In this document: one piece after another, positions 37,696 to 48,646 of the stretch | Layout: each line of letters opens with the position of its first letter | How positions within the stretch are numbered: the first letter of the stretch is position 1 | Source of the DNA: Deltaproteobacteria bacterium | GTDB taxonomy: Bacteria; Desulfobacterota; Desulfuromonadia; Desulfuromonadales; Geopsychrobacteraceae | NCBI GenBank assembly: GCA_018399135.1 | Contig: JAGYPB010000001.1 | Coordinates: 21,440 to 85,439 of the forward strand | DNA length: 64,000 nt | Reading direction: 5' to 3' | Translations under genes and position numbers: made by a program | The notes under the pieces: model-generated | What the model was told of the DNA's origin: nothing | Databases searched by the model: none | Seen by the model: the letters and a program-made list of their open reading frames with translations, nothing else

Positions 37696-39204
37696 TCAAA
37701 GAAACAGCTGGTAAACCGGATCATCTGTCTGCTCCAGATAACGGTAACCGATGCGGTCAAGGAACTGCATCAGTTTGTTTTCATCCCCGTGTGGTAATTC
37801 CAGACCAATCAGCACACGGCCAAATTCTCCCCCTTGATTGCGGTAGTGAAACAGGGAAATATTCCAGTTGGTTCCCATGTCGGCGAGAAAGCGGGTCAGG
37901 GCCCCGGCGCGCTCGGGAAACCAGAAGCGGAACAGACGTTCTCTGGTGGCGGTTGACGAGCGCCCGCCAACCATGTAGCGCAGATGGGTTTTGGCCAGTT
38001 CATTCGTGGTCAGGTCGATGGTTTGATAGCCGGCCTGATTGAGTTGGCTGACAAATGACTGGCGTGTCTGTACACCTCCAACCGAAACTCCAAGGAATAA
38101 ATGGGCTTTTTCACGATCAGCGAGACGATAGCTGAATTCAGTGATGCTGGTGCCGGCCAGCAGGTTGCTGCAGAAATGACGCAAAGCGCCAGGTTTTTCG
38201 GGAATGGTGATGGCAAATAATGACTCCAGCCCTTCGCCGATCTGGGTACGTTCCGAGACATAGCGCAGGCGTTCAAAATTCATATTAGCACCGGAATTGA
38301 TGGCAACCAGGGTTTGTCCGGTGACTTGCCGTTGTTTGATGTATTGTTTGAGTCCGGCCATTGCCAGGGCCCCGGCCGGCTCGACGATAGAGCGGGTGGC
38401 CTGGTAGACGCTTTTGATGGCACTGCAAAGTTCGTCAGTTGAAACGCGGACAATCTCGTCGATATGTTTACGGCACAGCTCAAAGGTTTTTTCCCCGACT
38501 TGCCGCACTGCCACGCCGTCGGCAAAAATACCGACGGTCTCCAGGGTGATACGTTTGTCGGCTGCCAGGGATTGGTACATGGCATCACTGTCGAGGGGTT
38601 CGACGCCAATAATGCGAATATGAGGTGCCAGCGCTTTGAAATAGGTGGCGATACCGGCAATCAGACCGCCGCCCCCCACCGGAACAAAAATCGCGTCAAG
38701 CTTGCCGGCACTCTGGCGCAGGATTTCGTCCGCCACGGTGCCTTGTCCGGCAATAATCAATTCATCATCAAACGGATGGATAAAGGTCAGGGCGCGTTGT
38801 TTCTGCAGGAGTTCACAGTGGTCGGCCGCTTCGGAATAGTTATCGCCGTGCAGGACAACCTCGGCACCGAGCCTTTTGACCGCATCGATTTTGATTTTCG
38901 GGGTGGTTGTCGGCATGACGATCAGGGCCTTGATCCCGAGCTTTTTAGCGGAAAAAGCCACGCCTTGGGCATGGTTTCCGGCTGAGGCACAGATGACGCC
39001 GCTGATCTGTTCGGTTTCGTACAAATGTGCAATCTTGTTGTAGGCACCACGAATCTTAAAAGAGAAAACAGGTTGCAGGTCCTCCCTTTTCAGTAGAATA
39101 CGGTTGCTTAGTTGCTGCGAAAGTTCTGTTGCTTCCTCCAGGGGTGTTTCGATGGCTGCTTCGTAAACCCGAGAGGTGAGGATTTTGCGAATCATGTCCT
39201 GCAT
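37696..39204 (-). CDS. ilvA: Threonine ammonia-lyase, biosynthetic
   Basis: KREDLQPVFSFKIRGA, SAGNHAQG, SGANMNF, two regulatory repeats (IPEKPG, FPERAG). Confidence 0.95.
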   Translation of the reverse strand: MQDMIRKILTSRVYEAAIETPLEEATELSQQLSNRILLKREDLQPVFSFKIRGAYNKIAHLYETEQISGVICASAGNHAQGVAFSAKKLGIKALIVMPTTTPKIKIDAVKRLGAEVVLHGDNYSEAADHCELLQKQRALTFIHPFDDELIIAGQGTVADEILRQSAGKLDAIFVPVGGGGLIAGIATYFKALAPHIRIIGVEPLDSDAMYQSLAADKRITLETVGIFADGVAVRQVGEKTFELCRKHIDEIVRVSTDELCSAIKSVYQATRSIVEPAGALAMAGLKQYIKQRQVTGQTLVAINSGANMNFERLRYVSERTQIGEGLESLFAITIPEKPGALRHFCSNLLAGTSITEFSYRLADREKAHLFLGVSVGGVQTRQSFVSQLNQAGYQTIDLTTNELAKTHLRYMVGGRSSTATRERLFRFWFPERAGALTRFLADMGTNWNISLFHYRNQGGEFGRVLIGLELPHGDENKLMQFLDRIGYRYLEQTDDPVYQLFL

Positions 39205-39231
39205 GGTGGTTGTTTCCTTTTGGTTCTGAAG

Positions 39232-40317
39232 TTATTCGCAGCGCAGGTCGGTTGTTTGGCCATCCCGTTCAATAAACATTTTCACATATTGCAGCCGCTC
39301 ATAATCTTTTGGAGCCTTGCTGGTATGACGACTTAACTTCCCGCGAAATTCGGCTAAAGAGCGATAACCGTTGTTTTCCATCCAGTGTCGCAACTCTTTT
39401 TCAATCAGGCCAATCTGATCCAGGCCGTTGAGGTAGAGGGTTGAGCAAAGCTGGGTAATAGTGGCGCCGGCGAGTAATGCCTTGATTGCGCCACGGCCGT
39501 CGTGGATGCCTGTTGTGGCGGCAAAATCGCAGTTGATGGTACCGTAGAGCAGGGAAATCCAGCGTAACGTATCGGCCATGTCATGGGCTGAGCTATAGGG
39601 CGATCCGTGGGTCAGTTGTTGTTTGTCAATATCGATATCAAAGCGGTAGAAACGATTGAACAGAACCAGGGCGTCGGCCCCTTTGCCGGTGACTTTCCCG
39701 GCCTGACGATCTTTTCCCAACCAGCCGACGCTGTAGACAGGCGCTTCGGCCTGGTCGCTGGTCAACTGTTTGGCGACATGGGCAAAGGAGGTAAAAAAAG
39801 GTCCGATTTTCAGCGCCACAGGAATACCTGCCTGGTGTTTCACGGCCCGCAGGATATTCAGGTAGTCAGCAACAATCTGTTCACAGGGACGGGATGACTC
39901 AGTTGGCAGAATGCTGACATTCAGTTCGATGGCATCTGCTCCGGATTCTTCAAGCTGGTGAGCATATTCGGCCCAAGAGTCAGCGCTGACGCAATTCAGG
40001 CTGGCAATAATGGGGATAGTTACCGCCTGTTTGGCTTGCCTGATCAGCTGCAGATACTGTTGTGGCCCGAAAGCGGTTCCGTAGCTTTGTAGATACTGGT
40101 AGGCTTCACCGTAGCCTGAGTAGTCATCGGCGTGGCGGCTCAGGGACGAGATGTCACCCATGATCTGTTCTTCGAACAGGGAGCGCAGAACCACGGCACC
40201 GGCACCAGCCTCAGCACACTGACGTACACCATCCAGGGTGCCGGTAAGGCAGCTGCTGGCGACAACCAGTGGATTTTTAAGGGGGAGCCCCATATAGTTG
40301 GTGGACAGGTCGATCAT
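39232..40317 (-). CDS. Dihydroorotate dehydrogenase-like flavoprotein
   Basis: DLSTNYMGLPLKNP, RSLFEEQI, IIASLN, VLFNRFY, TGIH; SD GGAGG before ATG 40317. Confidence 0.85.
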   Translation of the reverse strand: MIDLSTNYMGLPLKNPLVVASSCLTGTLDGVRQCAEAGAGAVVLRSLFEEQIMGDISSLSRHADDYSGYGEAYQYLQSYGTAFGPQQYLQLIRQAKQAVTIPIIASLNCVSADSWAEYAHQLEESGADAIELNVSILPTESSRPCEQIVADYLNILRAVKHQAGIPVALKIGPFFTSFAHVAKQLTSDQAEAPVYSVGWLGKDRQAGKVTGKGADALVLFNRFYRFDIDIDKQQLTHGSPYSSAHDMADTLRWISLLYGTINCDFAATTGIHDGRGAIKALLAGATITQLCSTLYLNGLDQIGLIEKELRHWMENNGYRSLAEFRGKLSRHTSKAPKDYERLQYVKMFIERDGQTTDLRCE

Positions 40318-40408
40318 TAACGCCTCCATTAGTCTGTATTATCGTCACTGGCCAGGATGATGGCCGGTCTGTTTCTTTGTACGTGTCAGTGTTGCTATAC
40401 TGTGGACT

Positions 40409-40729
40409 ATGAAAAAAATACATGTTTTCAGTTTTTATGAAGGGTATCAGGCTGGTCTGCTGCAGGACATTCTGCGCCGCGAGGGGATTGACTGCGTCTT
40501 ACGCAATATACAGTTGACTGCCGCCGTTGGTGAAATCCCCTTCGTCGAATGTTGTCCGGAACTCTGGGTTGTTGATGATGAAGCCTGGCCCCGGGCGAAA
40601 ATGTTTATTGATGCCTGGTTTAAAAAAGATCCCGCTGCATTGTCGTGGTGCTGTCCACAGTGCCGGGAATCCATCGAGGGACACTTTGGCGCTTGTTGGC
40701 GTTGTGGTACTCATCGTGATGAAGGATAG
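40409..40729 (+). CDS. DUF2007-like protein with C-terminal zinc ribbon
   Basis: LRREGIDC...GEIP...PELWV; WCCPQC...FGACWRCG. Confidence 0.75.
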   Translation: MKKIHVFSFYEGYQAGLLQDILRREGIDCVLRNIQLTAAVGEIPFVECCPELWVVDDEAWPRAKMFIDAWFKKDPAALSWCCPQCRESIEGHFGACWRCGTHRDEG

Positions 40730-40834
40730 ATAACATATCGCCATGTCGGTGAACAGGGTTGTCTGGGCCGCAGGTCAGGACATTCCCTTTTTTTGCATTT
40801 TTTTGTTAACGAGGGACACAGGGAGGAAAAACAG

Positions 40835-41356
40835 ATGATACTCTCCGGCAGGGAAATCGATGCCCGTATGGGGGAGGATATTATTATTCGCCCCTTTCAT
40901 CAATCGCGTCTGAACCCTAATAGCTATAATCTGGAACTGCATGACGAGTTGCTTGTTTATACGGATAAACAGCTCGATATGAAAAAAAATAATGCCTGGA
41001 CAACCCTCACCATTCCACAGGAAGGTTTTGTTCTGGAGCCGAACCGGCTTTATCTTGGTCGGACGGTAGAATATACTGAAACCCGCAATCTGGTGCCGAT
41101 GCTGGAGGGGCGCTCATCGGTGGGACGCCTGGGGTTGTTCGTACACGTGACGGCAGGGTTTGGTGACGTTGGCTTTCGTGGTTTCTGGACCCTGGAGATG
41201 TTCAGCGTACAGCCGATCCGGATTTATGCCGGAGTACAGATATGTCAGATTTATTACCATACCCTGCAGGGGGAAAGCGAGTCTTACGCCAGCGGCAAAT
41301 ATCAGGATAACCGTGGAATTCAGCCGAGTCTGCTGTATCGCGATTATCGTGATTAG
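40835..41356 (+). CDS. dcd: dCTP deaminase
   Basis: MILSG, NPNSYNL, GRSSVGRLGL, TAGFGDVGF.G..TLE, GKYQ. Confidence 0.92.
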   Translation: MILSGREIDARMGEDIIIRPFHQSRLNPNSYNLELHDELLVYTDKQLDMKKNNAWTTLTIPQEGFVLEPNRLYLGRTVEYTETRNLVPMLEGRSSVGRLGLFVHVTAGFGDVGFRGFWTLEMFSVQPIRIYAGVQICQIYYHTLQGESESYASGKYQDNRGIQPSLLYRDYRD

Positions 41357-41415
41357 TCTGATCGCCGCACAAATCCTCCTCAAACCATATAACCAATCAG
41401 GATGTTCGGAGTCTT

Positions 41416-44061
41416 ATGCCACAGCAATCACCGCAAACAAAATATCTCAAGGATTATCGTACCCCGGCTTACCTGGTTCACCAGGTTGAACTCGATTTTT
41501 ACCTGAACCCAGCGGCAACCCGGGTCAGCTCAATTCTTAAAATGCAACTGAATCCTGATCGGAACGGAGTTGTTGAACCCCTGGTGCTGGACGGGGAAAA
41601 TCTTCAATTGCTGGGGGTGCGGATGGATACGGTCTCCCTGACAGCAGAGGATTACCAATGTGATGATGCCAGTCTGACAATCCCTTCACCGCCGACCCAG
41701 TTTTCTCTGGAGGTCATCACCCGTATCGATCCCCTCAATAATACGGCGCTGGAGGGGCTTTATCTGTCCAACGGTATTTTCTGTACCCAGTGTGAACCTG
41801 AAGGCTTCCGAAAAATTACCTATTATCCTGATCGTCCCGATGTCCTGGCGCCCTTTCGCGTGCGCATCGAAGGGGAACCGGCTGATTGTCCGGTGTTGTT
41901 GAGTAACGGTAATCTGGTTGAAAAAGGGGTGCTCGACAATGGCCGTCATTTTGCCTGTTGGGAAGACCCCTTCCCCAAGCCGAGTTACCTGTTTGCCCTG
42001 GTCGCCGGTAACCTTGTCTGTCTCGAGGATCATTTCATCACCATGTCCGAGCGTCCGGTTCTGCTGCAGATTTATACCGAAGAGCGCAACCGCAACGACT
42101 GTGATTTTGCAATGGAGTCGTTAAAAAAAGCGATGAAGTGGGAAGAACAGGTCTACGGGCTTGAATATGATCTTGATCGCTACATGATTGTCGCAGTGGA
42201 CGATTTCAACATGGGTGCGATGGAGAACAAGGGGCTTAACGTGTTTAACTCAAAATACGTGCTTGCCCGCCCGGAAACGGCAACCGATAACGATTATCTG
42301 GGTATTGAAGCGGTCATTGCCCATGAGTATTTCCATAACTGGACCGGTAACCGCGTTACCTGTCGCGACTGGTTTCAACTCAGCTTGAAAGAGGGGCTGA
42401 CGGTGTTGCGCGATCAGCAGTTTTCTGCCGATATGCAGTCTGCTGCGGTCAAGCGAATTGATGATGTCGCCTTGCTGCGTCAGTTTCAGTTCCCAGAAGA
42501 TGCTGGGCCAATGGCGCATCCGGTGCGGCCGGAGTCTTATGTGGAGATCAACAATTTCTACACCACGACCATCTACAATAAGGGTGCTGAGGTCATTCGG
42601 ATGCTCGAAACTCTCATCGGGCGTGAAACTTTTGTCAAAGGGGTTCGCCTCTATCTGAATCGTCACGATGGTCAGGCGGCAACCTGTGAGGATTTTGTCG
42701 TTGCACTGGAAGAGGCTGGTGGCATTGATCTGACTCAATTTCGCCGCTGGTACAAGCAGGCCGGCACTCCTGTAGTGCAGGTTGATTGTCGGTACGACCG
42801 CGTCAATCAAACCTTCATTCTTGATTGTCAGCAAAGCTGTCCTGCCACCCCCGGCCAACCCGAAAAAGAGCCATTTCATCTGCCTCTGGTGTTGGGGTTG
42901 CTTGACTATGATGGTGTCGATATTCCTCTGCAATTGGCAACTGAAGAGTTTCCTGCCGGCACCAGTCGGGTTCTTGAACTGACGCAGCCCCGTGAACAAT
43001 TCTCCTTTGTTGGTGTTCAGGAACAACCGGTGCTATCGATAATGCGCGGTTTTTCTGCGCCGGCACGCTTGACAATACAGGCTCGCCCAGAAGATCTGGC
43101 GTTTCGTATGGCTTATGACAGCGATCCCTTCAACCGTTGGGAGGCGGGTCAGCAGTTATCCGTTGCGGAACTGTTACGACTTTATCGGCAGCAACTGAAT
43201 GGTGATTCGTCAATCGGGCTGAGCCAGGTCTTTGTTGATGCCTGGGGCGTTGCACTGACGGATATTGAGGCCGATGAAAGCCTGCTGGCGCGCATGCTGC
43301 AGCTGCCCAGCGAGCAGTATCTTGCGGATCAATTGGATGAGGTTGATCCGCAGCTGATCAGGGTTGTGCGCGAACAGGCGCTGCACCATCTGCTGTCTGC
43401 TCATCGTCAGCAACTCTTGCAGCGTTATAACAGCTATTCCAGTGTGGGAGAATATTCTCTCGATCCTATCGCGGTTGGTCGCCGCCGCCTGGCCCATGGT
43501 TGCCTGGCCCTGATGATGTTGGAACCCGATGAACCACTGCTTGATCGCTGCCTGCGTCATTATCAACAGGCCGGTAATATGACCGACCGGTTGGCAGCCT
43601 TTGCCGTTCTGGTTGATTGCCGGGACAGTTCAGTACGTGATCAGGTCAAAGAGGACTTTTGCCGGCAGTGGAAGCACTATCCACTGTTACTCGATAAATG
43701 GTTCTCGATCCTGGCATCAGGGCGTCACGAAAACACCTTTTTTGACGTTGAACGCCTGTTGTTGCACCCCGATTTCACCCTGAACAACCCTAACCGGGCA
43801 CGCTCTCTGCTTGGTGCTTTTGCCCAGAACCTGGCGGTTTTTCATCGCTCAGATGGCGCGGGCTACCGGTTGTTGACCGAGCAGATCAGGCGCCTTGACA
43901 AGAGAAATCCCCAAGTGGCGGCGCGCATGGCCACACCTTTAACCCGCTGGAAACGCCTGGAGCCAAAGCGTCGGGCGCTGCTGCACGAGGAACTAGTGGC
44001 TTTGCAACGGGAAAATCTGTCGCGTGATTTATACGAAATCGTTAATAAGAGTCTGGTCTGA
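41416..44061 (+). CDS. pepN: Aminopeptidase N
   Basis: TQCEPEGFR, GAMENKG, HEYFH, LKEG, NPNRARSL. Confidence 0.96.
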   Translation: MPQQSPQTKYLKDYRTPAYLVHQVELDFYLNPAATRVSSILKMQLNPDRNGVVEPLVLDGENLQLLGVRMDTVSLTAEDYQCDDASLTIPSPPTQFSLEVITRIDPLNNTALEGLYLSNGIFCTQCEPEGFRKITYYPDRPDVLAPFRVRIEGEPADCPVLLSNGNLVEKGVLDNGRHFACWEDPFPKPSYLFALVAGNLVCLEDHFITMSERPVLLQIYTEERNRNDCDFAMESLKKAMKWEEQVYGLEYDLDRYMIVAVDDFNMGAMENKGLNVFNSKYVLARPETATDNDYLGIEAVIAHEYFHNWTGNRVTCRDWFQLSLKEGLTVLRDQQFSADMQSAAVKRIDDVALLRQFQFPEDAGPMAHPVRPESYVEINNFYTTTIYNKGAEVIRMLETLIGRETFVKGVRLYLNRHDGQAATCEDFVVALEEAGGIDLTQFRRWYKQAGTPVVQVDCRYDRVNQTFILDCQQSCPATPGQPEKEPFHLPLVLGLLDYDGVDIPLQLATEEFPAGTSRVLELTQPREQFSFVGVQEQPVLSIMRGFSAPARLTIQARPEDLAFRMAYDSDPFNRWEAGQQLSVAELLRLYRQQLNGDSSIGLSQVFVDAWGVALTDIEADESLLARMLQLPSEQYLADQLDEVDPQLIRVVREQALHHLLSAHRQQLLQRYNSYSSVGEYSLDPIAVGRRRLAHGCLALMMLEPDEPLLDRCLRHYQQAGNMTDRLAAFAVLVDCRDSSVRDQVKEDFCRQWKHYPLLLDKWFSILASGRHENTFFDVERLLLHPDFTLNNPNRARSLLGAFAQNLAVFHRSDGAGYRLLTEQIRRLDKRNPQVAARMATPLTRWKRLEPKRRALLHEELVALQRENLSRDLYEIVNKSLV

Positions 44062-44078
44062 TGCGGGAGTGATGGCAG

Positions 44079-44990
44079 ATGATAGATTATACAATTATTG
44101 GATGTGGTGATATTGGCAAGCGAGTGGCAGGGGAGTTGCTGGCCCATGGAAACAAAATGCAGGCCACGGCGCACGGCGCCGAAGGGGCAGAGGAGCTCAC
44201 TACGCTGGGGGTTGTTCCGATTGTTGCCAACTTTGATTGTCGTGAGAACCTGCCGGAGCTGCCTGTCCACCGCCAGCGTATTTTTTATTTTATGCCACCG
44301 CAAGGCGGCGGATCTATTGATGCCCGCATGGCAAATTTCTGTCGTATGTTGAGCCCCGATAACTGTCCACAGCGAATTGTCTATATCAGTACCAGCGGAG
44401 TTTATGGTGACTGTGGCGATGACCTGGTGACGGAAGAAACGCCGATCAATCCCCAGACCAGCCGTGCCAAAAGAAGAGTCAGCGCTGAAAACCAGTTGCG
44501 AGACAAGGCTAAAGAGCTTGGTTTTGACCTGATCATTTTGCGTGTAACCGGTATTTATGGCCCTGGGCGCCTGCCATTGGCACAATTGCACAGGGGGCAC
44601 CAGGTGTTGCGGCCCGAAGATTCGCCGGTTACCAATCGCATCCACAGTTTCGATCTGGTGCGTATTTGTCTGGTGGCCATGGAGCGTGGTGAAGCGGGCG
44701 ATATCTTTAATGTCTGTGATGGTCAGCAGAGCAGTATGAGTGAATATTTCACTGCTATCGCTGACCTTTATGCTCTGCCGCGTCCTCAGCAGTTAACCTG
44801 GAACGAAGCTCAACAGGTCATGAATCCCTTGACACTGTCTTTTCTACAAGAATCGCGGCGTATGACCAATCAACATATGCTCGAAAAGCTTGGAATCAAG
44901 CTGCTGTATCCTACTCTCGAAGCGGGGCTGGCAATGTGCCGGCAAGGTGATGATGCGCAGGCCATAGTAAGCAAGGGCATAAACGTATAA
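44079..44990 (+). CDS. NAD-dependent epimerase/SDR family oxidoreductase
   Basis: GCGDIG, YISTSGVYG, GIYGPGR, NRIH. Confidence 0.85.
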   Translation: MIDYTIIGCGDIGKRVAGELLAHGNKMQATAHGAEGAEELTTLGVVPIVANFDCRENLPELPVHRQRIFYFMPPQGGGSIDARMANFCRMLSPDNCPQRIVYISTSGVYGDCGDDLVTEETPINPQTSRAKRRVSAENQLRDKAKELGFDLIILRVTGIYGPGRLPLAQLHRGHQVLRPEDSPVTNRIHSFDLVRICLVAMERGEAGDIFNVCDGQQSSMSEYFTAIADLYALPRPQQLTWNEAQQVMNPLTLSFLQESRRMTNQHMLEKLGIKLLYPTLEAGLAMCRQGDDAQAIVSKGINV

Positions 44991-45129
44991 TGCTGGTTAA
45001 TTTTGTTATTAACTTCAGTTCATGGTTGCTGGAAATTTTTTAGTGGGCTAAAGTCGGGTTGCTGATCGAGGCTTGAGAACTGTCCTTTCAGGTCGATTGA
45101 TTCCATCAAAGAGAAGGGGAGCGTATCTC

Positions 45130-46122
45130 ATGGGTGAACCGGGAAAAACCAAGTTTCAGGTCGACCTGCGGCGTCATTTGCGTGAAAATGGTGTTGAAGA
45201 TAATCTGACCCATCTCATTTGTGAGATAGCTGAAGCATCCAAATATATTATCCATTCCATTCGAACCGGTGATCTGGGGGTTGCCGGTACTTCAAACCTT
45301 TACGGTGAAAAGCAGTTGGCTCTTGATGTGTTGGCGGATCGTATCCTGCGCAAACGCCTTGATCATTCCGGGGTTGTCGCCAATATAATGTCGGAGGAAG
45401 CGGATCAGATTATTCCCGTTTCAACCGACTGGGAAGGCAAATATTCGGTTGCTTTTGATCCTCTAGATGGATCTTCCCTGGTAGACGTCAACCTTGCTGT
45501 TGGTACTATCGTTGCCATTTTCCCCGGCTATGATCTGATGCGCCCCGGCCGTGAGCAGGCCGCAGCAGTCTATATCCTCTACGGGCCACGGACAACCCTG
45601 GTCTACAGTGTTGGAGATGGTGTCTATGAATTTGGAATGAATAATCTGATGGAATACACGCTGCTGCGCGATGATATTTCCATTAAACCCAAAGGCAAGC
45701 TTTATTCGCCGGGCGGTTTACGTAATCAGTATACGCCAGGGGTTGAAAATTATGTCTCCTCTCTGGAGAAACGCGGAGTGAAGTTGCGTTACAGCGGTGG
45801 ATTTGTGCCGGATATTAATCAGATTCTCCTCAAAGGTGAGGGGATCTTCCTCTACCCTCATCTTAAAAATCAGCCCCGCGGTAAGCTGCGCTTGTTGTTT
45901 GAACTCAGTCCGATGGCCTATCTGATTGAACAGGCCGGCGGGGCGGCTTCTGATGGCCACCAACCGATTCTTGATCTGGTGCCGAATGATATCCACGAGC
46001 GCGCCCCGGTCTTTATCGGCTGCAAGGACGATGTCGCTCTGGCGGAAGAAATGCTGCGTACTCACGAGGGGGTAAAGAATGTCCCGGTAGAGAAAGTGCG
46101 TTCAGCTAAAACATCGGCATAA
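45130..46122 (+). CDS. fbp: Class 1 fructose-1,6-bisphosphatase
   Basis: GEKQLALDV, SEE, DPLDGSS, LRYSGG, GKLRLLFE. Confidence 0.95.
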   Translation: MGEPGKTKFQVDLRRHLRENGVEDNLTHLICEIAEASKYIIHSIRTGDLGVAGTSNLYGEKQLALDVLADRILRKRLDHSGVVANIMSEEADQIIPVSTDWEGKYSVAFDPLDGSSLVDVNLAVGTIVAIFPGYDLMRPGREQAAAVYILYGPRTTLVYSVGDGVYEFGMNNLMEYTLLRDDISIKPKGKLYSPGGLRNQYTPGVENYVSSLEKRGVKLRYSGGFVPDINQILLKGEGIFLYPHLKNQPRGKLRLLFELSPMAYLIEQAGGAASDGHQPILDLVPNDIHERAPVFIGCKDDVALAEEMLRTHEGVKNVPVEKVRSAKTSA

Positions 46123-46191
46123 TTGTTTGTGCAGAATTTTCAGGTAGAAACTCGTCGGTAGTGGGTCCAATCTAACGGGGGGGAGGGGGGC

Positions 46192-48597
46192 TTGACGTCA
46201 TTGTTTTTTCTGCTGGCAGCGGCCATTGTTGGTTTGGCTGCTGCCAGCTTCATTTCTGTCGGGGTGACTGCTGCGTGGATTATTATCCTGTCCAGTCTTT
46301 CTCTGGCTTTTTGTTTGCGTTATTTTTTTTCAATTGCAACACTTCCCTTTCTTTTCGTCTGTCTTGCCTTTTCCCTGTTTTTCAATAGCCAATATCCTGC
46401 TCTCTTACAGTTTACTGATGATGTCACCCGGATAGATCTGTTGGCCCGCAGAGTGACGGTCGTTGGTGTAATAACCGATGTCCGGCAGCTGGCTGGCGGG
46501 CGTAGCCGGATTGATCTGCTGATTGATGAAGTGGGGGATAAAGGAGTCATGCTGGATCTCGAGCGCCCGTTACGGTTACGTTTGAGTGTTGAAGAGGGGG
46601 GTGACAACCTGCTGCCGCAAGATCGTATCCGCTTTAGCGGCAGGTTGCGGCAGCCACGGATGTTTGGTACCCCGGGAGAATTTCACTGGCCGCGCTATCT
46701 GGCCAGCCAGAAAATCGATATGACCAGCTGGGTGAAGAGCATGGATCAGATCGAGATTCTTGCAGCAGGCGACGCTGGTCTGCAGCGTGGAATTGTCCAG
46801 TGGCGAACCCGGATAGCTGCCTTTATGGTGGCACATCTGTCGGAGAAAAGCGCGGTTCTGGTGCGGGCCCTGGTGCTTGGTGAAGGGCGGCAATTGCCGC
46901 AAGAAGTACGTCAAGCCCTGGCTGGCGCCGGCGTCAGTCATTTGTTTGCCATTTCCGGGTTGCATCTTGGCCTGTTGGGGGTGTTTGGCTATCGGCTACT
47001 GCTGCTTCTCTATCGTCGCTCAACATGGCTGCTGACCTGGCAGCCACCACAGCGGGTTCTGCCTCTGGTGTTGCTGCCATTGCTGTTTTTTTATCTGTTG
47101 TTAACCGGTGATGCCGTGTCAACCCGGCGGGCATTTGCTCTGGCAAGTATCGGTGCGTTTCTACTATTGTGGCGTTATCCGGTTAATCCGCTCCATCTGC
47201 TGGCCGCTGTCGCTCTGAGTTTTTTATTCTATAACCCCCTGCTGCTGTGGTCAGCAGGCTGGCAGCTGTCGTTCAGTGGCGCTGCCGGCATTCTATTATG
47301 GCGTCCGCTGTGGCAACATCCACGGATTACCGTGATGACGAATCCCGTACTGCGGTATCTGACCCAGATTTTTCTGGTCAGTTGCGGCGCTACCCTGGCG
47401 ACCTTGCCCTTCGTGTTGTTTAATTTTCATTTGCTGGCACCGGCAGCCCTGCCGGCAAATCTGATCTGTGTTCCGATTGTTACCCTGATTGCCCTGCCGA
47501 TCGGGTTTGTGGGTCTGATGTTGTTTCCCTGGTGGCCAGCAGCAGCAGCTGTTTTATTTCGTTGCTGTGGGTTTTTCCTGGAGCAGCTCTATCATTTCTC
47601 TTCCTCGCTGACCGATTTTTCGGCACTGGCGGGCATGTATTTGTACTGGTCGCGCAGTCAGTATCTGGCGGTTGCTTTGCTGGTGGTACCAGTGTTGCTG
47701 TTGCCCCAGATGCTTCGATGGTCGTGGCTTAAAATGACAGTAGCTTGTATGTTGTTGGCTCTATTGCTGTGGCAGTTGCCGCTGGCGTCACGTGCGCCGA
47801 TCACCTTGACGATGTTCAGCGTCGGGCAAGGAGAGTCGCTGCTGTTACAAAACAACTCTGGTCAAAATATTCTGATTGACGGTGGTGGCCTCTATGGCGA
47901 TCGTTTTGATGTCGGGCAGCGTCTGCTGGCTCCGGCGTTTGGTGAGTTAGGGGTCAGGCATTTTGACCGGATTATTCTGACCCACGACCACTCTGATCAC
48001 TGGAAGGGTCTGGTGTATATTCTTGAACACTTTCAGGTCGCCGAACTGATCGTTGGTGAACCTCTTGTGAAATACAATGCAATTCTTGTTGAAGTGGTTC
48101 AACGACGCAATATTCCGGTAAGGGTAGTAGATCAGGGTTGGAATTATTTTGCCGACTGGCAGGAGGGTGATTTACGAGTATATAATGGCAGTGCTGCTGC
48201 TGACAATGCCAATGATGCATCTCTGGTTCTTGCCCTTCACACGGTCGGTCAGGCAGGAAGCAGGCAGGGGGTGCTGCTGGCAGGTGATCTGGAAGCGGCA
48301 GGGGTACAACGCTTGATCGCTGCCGGAATTCCAGCACCAGCAACATTATTCAAGCTTCCGCATCACGGAAGTGGTAAATCGGACACAGAACGTCTGGTAG
48401 CTTTGTTACGTCCTCAGGTGGGATTGGTGTCCGTTGGCTACCAGAATATTTATCGCTTGCCGTCCCAGACTCTTCTGGAACATCTCGATAAACAGAACCT
48501 GGTGGTTTGTCGTACCGATCGGGATGGGACAGTTCGCGTCCAGTTGGGCGATGTCGGTTGGCACCCGCAAAAGTGGCAAAATGGCCTTTTCCGTTGA
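46192..48597 (+). CDS. comEC: DNA internalization competence protein ComEC/Rec2
   Basis: SHLFAISGLH, QLSF, beta-lactamase domain VGQG, THDHSDH, GD, HHGS, RTD. Confidence 0.92.
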   Translation: MTSLFFLLAAAIVGLAAASFISVGVTAAWIIILSSLSLAFCLRYFFSIATLPFLFVCLAFSLFFNSQYPALLQFTDDVTRIDLLARRVTVVGVITDVRQLAGGRSRIDLLIDEVGDKGVMLDLERPLRLRLSVEEGGDNLLPQDRIRFSGRLRQPRMFGTPGEFHWPRYLASQKIDMTSWVKSMDQIEILAAGDAGLQRGIVQWRTRIAAFMVAHLSEKSAVLVRALVLGEGRQLPQEVRQALAGAGVSHLFAISGLHLGLLGVFGYRLLLLLYRRSTWLLTWQPPQRVLPLVLLPLLFFYLLLTGDAVSTRRAFALASIGAFLLLWRYPVNPLHLLAAVALSFLFYNPLLLWSAGWQLSFSGAAGILLWRPLWQHPRITVMTNPVLRYLTQIFLVSCGATLATLPFVLFNFHLLAPAALPANLICVPIVTLIALPIGFVGLMLFPWWPAAAAVLFRCCGFFLEQLYHFSSSLTDFSALAGMYLYWSRSQYLAVALLVVPVLLLPQMLRWSWLKMTVACMLLALLLWQLPLASRAPITLTMFSVGQGESLLLQNNSGQNILIDGGGLYGDRFDVGQRLLAPAFGELGVRHFDRIILTHDHSDHWKGLVYILEHFQVAELIVGEPLVKYNAILVEVVQRRNIPVRVVDQGWNYFADWQEGDLRVYNGSAAADNANDASLVLALHTVGQAGSRQGVLLAGDLEAAGVQRLIAAGIPAPATLFKLPHHGSGKSDTERLVALLRPQVGLVSVGYQNIYRLPSQTLLEHLDKQNLVVCRTDRDGTVRVQLGDVGWHPQKWQNGLFR

Positions 48598-48646
48598 CTT
48601 TGCGGTCTAAAGGCTGCTACTTAAATGACAATATTGCTAAGGGGTT

